Made by a program: the position numbers and the translations under genes
Shown here: piece after piece, positions 58,189 through 64,000 of the stretch
Position numbering within the stretch: the stretch's first letter is position 1
Layout: each line of letters begins with the position of its first letter
The notes under the pieces: model-generated
Seen by the model: the letters and a program-made list of their open reading frames with translations, nothing else
Databases searched by the model: none
What the model was told of the DNA's origin: nothing
DNA from: Candidatus Sericytochromatia bacterium
GTDB taxonomy: Bacteria; Cyanobacteriota; Sericytochromatia; S15B-MN24; JAQBPE01
DNA length: 64,000 nt
Assembly: GCA_040400605.1 (NCBI GenBank)
Contig: JBBAPZ010000004.1
Span: 16,721-80,720 of the forward strand
Direction of reading: 5' to 3'

Positions 58189-59203
58189 GTCAATGATGCG
58201 CCACATTCGTGTGTTGGAGCCATCCAGACACTGGGATGATCTGCTTCTTCGGTGCCAAGGTGCCACGGTGTTTCAGCAATCCGCATGGCTTGAGATGCTG
58301 CGGCAGTGTTTCAAGGCGCACGCCCAAATGGTTCATATCCCTTTGGGCAGCGGCCATTATGCGCTTTTTGCGCTTGGCATCCGTCCGTGTGGACGGGGTT
58401 GGCTGCCGCTTGCAATTGCCGGCGACGCAGGGGCTTACGGGGGGCTTGTTGCAACACGTCCGCTGCACCCCCACGAGTCACACCTCATTTGCGAGTGGGT
58501 GCTTGCACAGTATCCTGCCGTTGTCATAAACGGCAACCCTTTCGGTACCACAACGTCGTTGCCTTCAGGTTGCAAGGCATTACCCGATGAAACCCACTGT
58601 CTGGACTTGGCGCCACGCCACGTATTGTCAACAGGTTTCAGTCGCGGGTGTCGCGCGCGGGGCAACAAGGCCCGTCGTCAAGGACTTGAACTTGACATTC
58701 AACATGGTCAAGAAGGTGTGGCGCAATTCTATCCCATCTATCTGGATAGCGTCAGACGGTGGGGCGATCGCCTGACGTGGTTGCGCCCACTGGCGTTTTT
58801 TGAGCGCACCGCCGATCAATTCGGCGCACAAGCGACCGTCATGCTTGCCAAACAAAACGGCAAGCCCATTTCCGGCTTGTTTCTCCTCCACGGCTACGGT
58901 CTCTGTCACTATGTCGCAGGCGCGACGCGCCATGACGCCCAAGCCGTTTGCCCCAGTAATTTCTTGATCGAAGAAGCACTGGACTGGGCCTACACGACTG
59001 GCCTGACCCGCTTTGATTTCGGCCCGAGTCACGCGTTGGAAGGCGTTCGACAATTCAAGGCATCGTTTGGCGCCACCGCTATCCCAATGATGGGTTTTTC
59101 CCGCCTTCCCTGGCCCCAACAAGCCTATCTCAAGGTCCGTCAATATCTTCAAACGCGAAACACCTTATCCAAACAAACCGTTGTCGCAGGTACCAGTCAT
59201 TAA
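58181..59203 (+). CDS. GNAT/FemAB-like acyltransferase in a glycan operon
   Basis: ATVFQQSAW, KARRQG, FDFG.S...GVRQFKASFGA. Confidence 0.8.
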   Translation: MRESMMRHIRVLEPSRHWDDLLLRCQGATVFQQSAWLEMLRQCFKAHAQMVHIPLGSGHYALFALGIRPCGRGWLPLAIAGDAGAYGGLVATRPLHPHESHLICEWVLAQYPAVVINGNPFGTTTSLPSGCKALPDETHCLDLAPRHVLSTGFSRGCRARGNKARRQGLELDIQHGQEGVAQFYPIYLDSVRRWGDRLTWLRPLAFFERTADQFGAQATVMLAKQNGKPISGLFLLHGYGLCHYVAGATRHDAQAVCPSNFLIEEALDWAYTTGLTRFDFGPSHALEGVRQFKASFGATAIPMMGFSRLPWPQQAYLKVRQYLQTRNTLSKQTVVAGTSH

Positions 59204-59222
59204 CCACAAGAAGGGGGTCAGA

Positions 59223-60443
59223 ATGACGAGTGCGGAATCGGGTCGTCACGCCGTCGTTCACGTCGTGCGGGAGTTTTTGCCTCTCACCGAAAACTGGATT
59301 TATGAGCTGATTCGACACGTTCCAGATGTCGATGCAGTCATTGTCTGTGATCGCATCAGGCCCGACAATACACTTCCCACCACACGGGTTTATCCTTTGC
59401 CTTCACGGTGGGCTCAACTGACGAACCAAGTGTGGCGCAAGCTAACCAACGGCAACTGCCCACACGGGTATCAACACATTCTGAAGCAGTACCATCCAGC
59501 ATTGATGCACGCGCACTTTGGCGATCAAGGCGTATTGATGCTTCCCACCGCCCGCCATTGGAAGATTCCGCTCATCACCAGCTTTTACGGCTATGATGTG
59601 TCTAAACTGCCCCGCGATCCCATGTGGCGTAAACGCTTACAGAACCTGTTTCAAACCGGGGATCTCTTTCTGGCTGAGGGTCCGCACCTGAAAGAGCGCC
59701 TATGTGCGTTGGGGTGTCTGCCGTCGCGGGTCCTCATTCAACCCCTCGGTATCGATCCGGAGGCCATTCGCTTTCGGCTGCGCCAGCGCCACACGGGCCC
59801 CGCACGACTCTTGATGGCAGCCAGCATGCGTGAAAAAAAAGGTCTGACCTATGGTCTGCGCGCCATTTTGCACGTGCTGAATCAATTTCCCGAATCTTTG
59901 TATTTAACCGTGATTGGTGATGGCCCCTTGCGATCGTCACTGGAAGCAATGGTCAAGCAGTCAGGGGCGACGGACCGTGTGCGCTTCTTGGGTTATCAAC
60001 CACGTGCGGTTTTTTTGGATGAAGCGCTCAAATCCGATCTCTTCATCTCCCCAAGCGTGACGGCCTCAGATGGCGATACCGAAGGCGGTGCCCCGGTCAG
60101 CCTGATTGAAGCGCAGGCCACCGGACTACCCATCATCAGCACCACTCACGCGGATATCCCGTTCGTCACACGCCCTGACCAAAGCGCCATTCTCGTTCCC
60201 GAGCGTGATGTGCACGCCCTGGTACAGGCGCTCGATACGCTGCTGCACGCCCCAGAACGCTGGGCAAAGATGGGATGTGCTGGAAGAAACCACGTTGAGA
60301 CGCATTTTAACAGCCGCCATTTGGGTCTGCAGTTGCAAGCACGATACCGCGCCTTGATCGAAACCAACGCCGAACACCTTCGCAACCAAAACCGGCCCTC
60401 GATAAAAAAAATGCCGATTATACAGAAACGCATTGATTGGTGA
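59223..60443 (+). CDS. GT4 glycosyltransferase (WcaL-like)
   Basis: FLPLTENWI, HAHFG, FYGYD, EKKG, SDGDTEGGAPVSLIEAQATGLP. Confidence 0.9.
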   Translation: MTSAESGRHAVVHVVREFLPLTENWIYELIRHVPDVDAVIVCDRIRPDNTLPTTRVYPLPSRWAQLTNQVWRKLTNGNCPHGYQHILKQYHPALMHAHFGDQGVLMLPTARHWKIPLITSFYGYDVSKLPRDPMWRKRLQNLFQTGDLFLAEGPHLKERLCALGCLPSRVLIQPLGIDPEAIRFRLRQRHTGPARLLMAASMREKKGLTYGLRAILHVLNQFPESLYLTVIGDGPLRSSLEAMVKQSGATDRVRFLGYQPRAVFLDEALKSDLFISPSVTASDGDTEGGAPVSLIEAQATGLPIISTTHADIPFVTRPDQSAILVPERDVHALVQALDTLLHAPERWAKMGCAGRNHVETHFNSRHLGLQLQARYRALIETNAEHLRNQNRPSIKKMPIIQKRIDW

Positions 60444-60808
60444 TTGGGTTGTTCACTGGTAAGGATCGTCAGGAAGCGCTTTCTCAATGTTTTTGCATTT
60501 GCGACACAAAGGTTGATCAACAACCCGATTGTCATGTAACCGTGAAAACTGGTTGGCTGGAAAACCCCTGATTCCGTCAAATCTGTTTAGCCGACGGCCT
60601 CCTGACAGTAACAGGCATTGGCATTCCCACCGAGCTTCCCCGCCTGGGATCAAAACGCAAAACTGTGTTGCCTGTCAAAAATGCTTGCAATTGGGTGATA
60701 ATCTCACCCCCATTCCCCTATTCCAGACAAATGGGCATAAAAATTGGGGATGGCTGACCGTATGGGATATACTCGGTATCCCCACTTTGTCGCAGCAGGA
60801 GCGCTTAG

Positions 60809-61849
60809 ATGACACTCTCCATCTTCCATCACCCGGACTGCTTGATGCACGAGACGAGCGACCATCCGGAACGGGCCGAACGCCTGAGCGTCAGTTTGCG
60901 ACGGCTGGAGAACCTGACTAATACGCAACTGCCACTGAATGCAGTTTCCTGGCAAGTGGCCTCGGCAATCACCGATGAGGCTTTGCAGCGCGTTCACCCG
61001 GCCTCCTACACGGCCATGCTTCAAGCATTTTGTGCTAGCGGCGGCGGACGATTGGACGAGGACACGGTCGCTTCAGCCGGCAGCGAACACGCAGCACGCC
61101 TGTCTGCAGGGTGTGCCATTGATGCGGTCAACGCGGTATTAAAAGACCAAGCCGAATCTGCACTCGCCTTGTGCCGGCCACCGGGTCATCACGCATTGCC
61201 CGACCGTAGCATGGGCTTTTGTTTTTACAACAATGCGGCACTCGCCGTGCGTCACGCACAAGCGATCGCCGGTATCACGAAGGTCGCTGTCATTGACTGG
61301 GATCTCCACCACGGCAACGGCACCGAGGCCATCTTTTATAACGACCCGGATGTCCTGTTTGTGTCAACCCACCAGGACCCCAACTGGCCCGGTACGGGGG
61401 CTTTAAACGACATTGGCACCCAGGGTGGACTTGGGACAACCGTGAATCTGCCAATGCCCATCGGCAGCGGGGACCAAAGCTATATGACGGTGTTTCAGAA
61501 CGTCATCGCGCCGGCCGTGGCACGGTTTCAACCTGAACTGCTGATTGTCTCGGCAGGGTATGATGCCCACTGGGCTGACCCACTGGGACGCCTGGGCCTC
61601 AGCGTGGCTGGCTTTGGCACCCTGACGCGGGAAGTGCGGGCTTTGGCCCGGCAGCTTTGTGAAGGCCGGCTGGTGCTAGTCCTTGAAGGCGGTTACGATC
61701 TCAGTGCACTGTCCTGGGGCCTGACAGCCACTGCGGCCGCCTTGGTTGGCGCGCAGGTGGCGGATCCCCTCGGCAAGAGCCCCTATCCGGAACCGACCGC
61801 GGCAGTTGACCAACTCATTCAAGCGGCACGTGAACGCCATCAGTTGTGA
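60809..61849 (+). CDS. Zn-dependent histone deacetylase family protein
   Basis: HPE..ERL, RPPGHHA, GFC.YNN, DWDLHHGNGT, SAGYDAH, LEGGY. Confidence 0.95.
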   Translation: MTLSIFHHPDCLMHETSDHPERAERLSVSLRRLENLTNTQLPLNAVSWQVASAITDEALQRVHPASYTAMLQAFCASGGGRLDEDTVASAGSEHAARLSAGCAIDAVNAVLKDQAESALALCRPPGHHALPDRSMGFCFYNNAALAVRHAQAIAGITKVAVIDWDLHHGNGTEAIFYNDPDVLFVSTHQDPNWPGTGALNDIGTQGGLGTTVNLPMPIGSGDQSYMTVFQNVIAPAVARFQPELLIVSAGYDAHWADPLGRLGLSVAGFGTLTREVRALARQLCEGRLVLVLEGGYDLSALSWGLTATAAALVGAQVADPLGKSPYPEPTAAVDQLIQAARERHQL

Positions 61850-61912
61850 TGGATACCCAGCGTGGCTGAACAGGCACCCAGCGAGTGCACCCGTTGGATG
61901 AAACACACACGC

Positions 61913-62695
61913 TTAATACGTGCCTGCGCCAGTCTGTCCCTGGGCGATCGCCACACTGGCACTGCAACCCAACCGACTCGCACCCGCCTGAAGCATCGCG
62001 CACGCAGTCTTCGCATCCCGAATTCCACCTGACGCTTTGACACCCATCGTTTGCCCCACAGCCAACCGCATCAACTGCACATCACGGATTGTGGCGCCTG
62101 CCCCGCCAAACCCTGTCGATGTCTTGACGTAGTGCGCGCCAGCCAAGCGGGCCAACCAACACGCGATAACCTTCTCGTCATCATCCAGGAAGCAGGTTTC
62201 TAATATGACCTTGACCAGGTTGCCATCCGCCGCGGCAACCACACCTGCAATGTCGTCTCGCACCTGCGTGCAAGAACCCGCCTTGAGTGGACCGATCGCG
62301 AGCACCATATCAATCTCATCTGCGCCCTCGGCAACGGCCCGTGCCGCTTCAAAGGCCTTGACCCCGGGCGCATTCGCCCCGAGCGGAAATCCCACGACCG
62401 TACAGACCTTAACCCCACTGCTATCCAGACATTTTTTCGCCAAAGGCACCCACACCGGGTTCACACACACGGATGCAAAACTGTACTCAAGGGCCTCTTG
62501 GCATAACTGCCGGACCACCTGTTCAGTCACCACCGCACCCAAAGCTGTGTGATCAATTAAATTCGCCAAGGCTTGCGGTGCCTCACGTGCTTCAAACATC
62601 CCTAAAGGCGCTGACAACATCGCCGCCCAATCCGGACAACACCCTGTGAAGTATTGCCAGATTTCTTGCACCCGTGCACCCAATTGTTCGTCCAT
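61913..62695 (-). CDS. deoC: Deoxyribose-phosphate aldolase
   Basis: IDHT, SVCVNP, VVGFPLG, EIDMV, KVILET, VKTSTGF, VKASGGIR; start at ATG 62695. Confidence 0.95.
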   Translation of the reverse strand: MDEQLGARVQEIWQYFTGCCPDWAAMLSAPLGMFEAREAPQALANLIDHTALGAVVTEQVVRQLCQEALEYSFASVCVNPVWVPLAKKCLDSSGVKVCTVVGFPLGANAPGVKAFEAARAVAEGADEIDMVLAIGPLKAGSCTQVRDDIAGVVAAADGNLVKVILETCFLDDDEKVIACWLARLAGAHYVKTSTGFGGAGATIRDVQLMRLAVGQTMGVKASGGIRDAKTACAMLQAGASRLGCSASVAIAQGQTGAGTY

Positions 62696-63056
62696 CACAA
62701 CGGCCTCTGCCTCTTCCGCCCGACCCGCTATCAGGCAACTGGACCACGCAACATACAGCGCCTTTACTATACAGAAAAGCCTGGTTTGATGACCATATTT
62801 TGGCTGGGAAAGATTATTAACACGTGCGCTCGTGATATTTTGCCTCCGCTTTAGACGCTTTGGACAAAAATAAGCACGTTGCTGCCTGACAGGTGAACGA
62901 ACAACGGCCAGCGCCACAAAAAACTGTTTAAATGTCACACCATCAATTTTTAGACAAAACTTGTTCAATCCTTAAGAAAATGGATGCAAGGCTGACCATC
63001 GAGGCCGTGATAATCGAGGGGTATGGGGTTGTGACCGTTTGCCAGATGAGGCGCCA

Positions 63057-64000
63057 ATGTCCAATGTGAATGCGAGCTTAGCGGTGCCAGTGCCACTGCC
63101 TCTGCGCGCGGATCCTGCGGCAACCCCGGGCATTCAATCTGGATCGCATATGCAGCACGGCACGGCAGTGTTGGGTTCCGATAACTGGCTGCGCGCGACA
63201 CTGGGAGCTTATCCCGCGCTCAGTGGTGTCGGGACCAATGCGGTTCGTATTCGTTTGGCGAATCCTGCCGCGCGAATGTACGGCGCGGGCGCGACCGTGC
63301 CCAGTGGGGTGGGGCAGGTTCTTGGCCGCACCGTTTTTTCACCTTTTGCGATCCTTCGCGCAACATGGGCCTCTGCGTTGACGGCGGTTCCTGTCGCTGT
63401 CATTGTCAACTTGATTGCTTGGCACCAGGGTATCATCAGCGCTGAACAGCGCAATGTCTTGATGGTGGCCGATGGGGCGGCATATAGCGTAACGGGCGCG
63501 ATCGCAACCCTTGTCGGCACTGCATTGGGTGCAGGCTTGGCCGGGTCCACCCTCGGCACCTTGGTTGGCATTGGTGCAGCCGTCGGACTCGGTTGGGTCT
63601 ATGAGCGCTTCATTCGCCCCGGTTGGGTCAGTTGGATGCACCAAACCCTGTACCCAACCAGCCGGACAATGCCGATAGGCGTTAATCACCTTGCAATAAG
63701 GCCTCCAACCATCCCCGTCGGCGCTGCTCCCACCGGGTGGGGGCCACCCTTACCCAATCAATGGGCGCACCAGCTTTCATCGTCCCAGCAGACAATGATG
63801 CCCGCCATGGCACCACCGCCACCACCACCACCACCGCCGCCACCACCGCCGCCACCACCACCACCACCACCGCCGCCACTTCCTGTGCAAGCACCTTCAA
63901 TGGAAGTGCCATTGATTGTGCCGGAACCAGTCGTGGCTGTTCAAGCGCTTCCAGTCGATGGGGTGACACCTTCGGTGTCCAATGATGGGCTGCCGCAGCC
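63057..64000 (+). CDS. Hypothetical glycine-zipper membrane protein with a 22-residue poly-proline tract, 3'-truncated
   Basis: Uninterrupted frame from ATG 63057 to the window end (absent from ORF track because no stop); GAIATLVGTALGAGLAGSTLGTLVGIGAAVGLG. Confidence 0.7.
   Translation, partial: MSNVNASLAVPVPLPLRADPAATPGIQSGSHMQHGTAVLGSDNWLRATLGAYPALSGVGTNAVRIRLANPAARMYGAGATVPSGVGQVLGRTVFSPFAILRATWASALTAVPVAVIVNLIAWHQGIISAEQRNVLMVADGAAYSVTGAIATLVGTALGAGLAGSTLGTLVGIGAAVGLGWVYERFIRPGWVSWMHQTLYPTSRTMPIGVNHLAIRPPTIPVGAAPTGWGPPLPNQWAHQLSSSQQTMMPAMAPPPPPPPPPPPPPPPPPPPPPPLPVQAPSMEVPLIVPEPVVAVQALPVDGVTPSVSNDGLPQ
63813..63878 (+). repeat. (CCA/CCG)22 trinucleotide repeat encoding poly-proline
   Basis: Direct reading of the sequence, in frame with the 63057 ORF. 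Confidence 0.95.

Noticed and set aside
56992..58266. Long antisense ORFs (e.g. 424 aa opposite DegT, 347 aa opposite menB, 278 aa opposite preTA)
   Set aside because: Shadow frames of well-supported genes in GC-rich DNA, with no recognisable motifs
63737..63985. Poly-Thr/Ala and poly-Val ORFs in the ORF track
   Set aside because: Alternative frames of the (CCR)n tract; the poly-Pro frame is continuous with a long credible ORF
1..64000. CRISPR array, IS/transposase, integrase, prophage, rRNA
   Set aside because: No regularly spaced repeats or corresponding protein or RNA motifs were seen

Overview
Bacterial chromosomal window, mostly housekeeping and metabolic genes, with no rRNA, tRNA, CRISPR array, IS or prophage visible. 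The remA-gmk-rpoZ-coaBC block together with an AMIN/outer-membrane beta-barrel gene suggests a diderm Terrabacteria lineage, possibly non-photosynthetic Cyanobacteriota such as Sericytochromatia (inference only). Main blocks: (1) oligoendopeptidase F, an asparagine-synthase-like gene, Usp, a pmtA-psd/pssA phospholipid cluster, a Wzx flippase and an AT-rich methyltransferase/nuclease pair; (2) a complete classical menaquinone supercluster (menFDHBACE plus a GbsR/MarR regulator, convergent menI, and divergent DAHP synthase-polyprenyl synthase-menG) with a candidate operator; (3) an RHH-domain protein fused to 12-aa amphipathic repeats, under a promoter carrying three GTATATAC boxes; (4) three related surface lipoproteins downstream of a SiaABCD/Slr1657-1659-like partner-switching c-di-GMP module; (5) preTA and two unknown genes; (6) a mevalonate operon lacking HMG-CoA synthase; (7) two-component gene fragments, GDPD, coaBC, rpoZ, gmk, remA, ftsB-like, rlmI-like, AMIN beta-barrel, rph, a DegT-GNAT-GT4 glycan operon, HDAC and deoC; (8) a glycine-zipper/poly-proline ORF running off the right edge. 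All calls are motif recognition by eye; no database searches were run.
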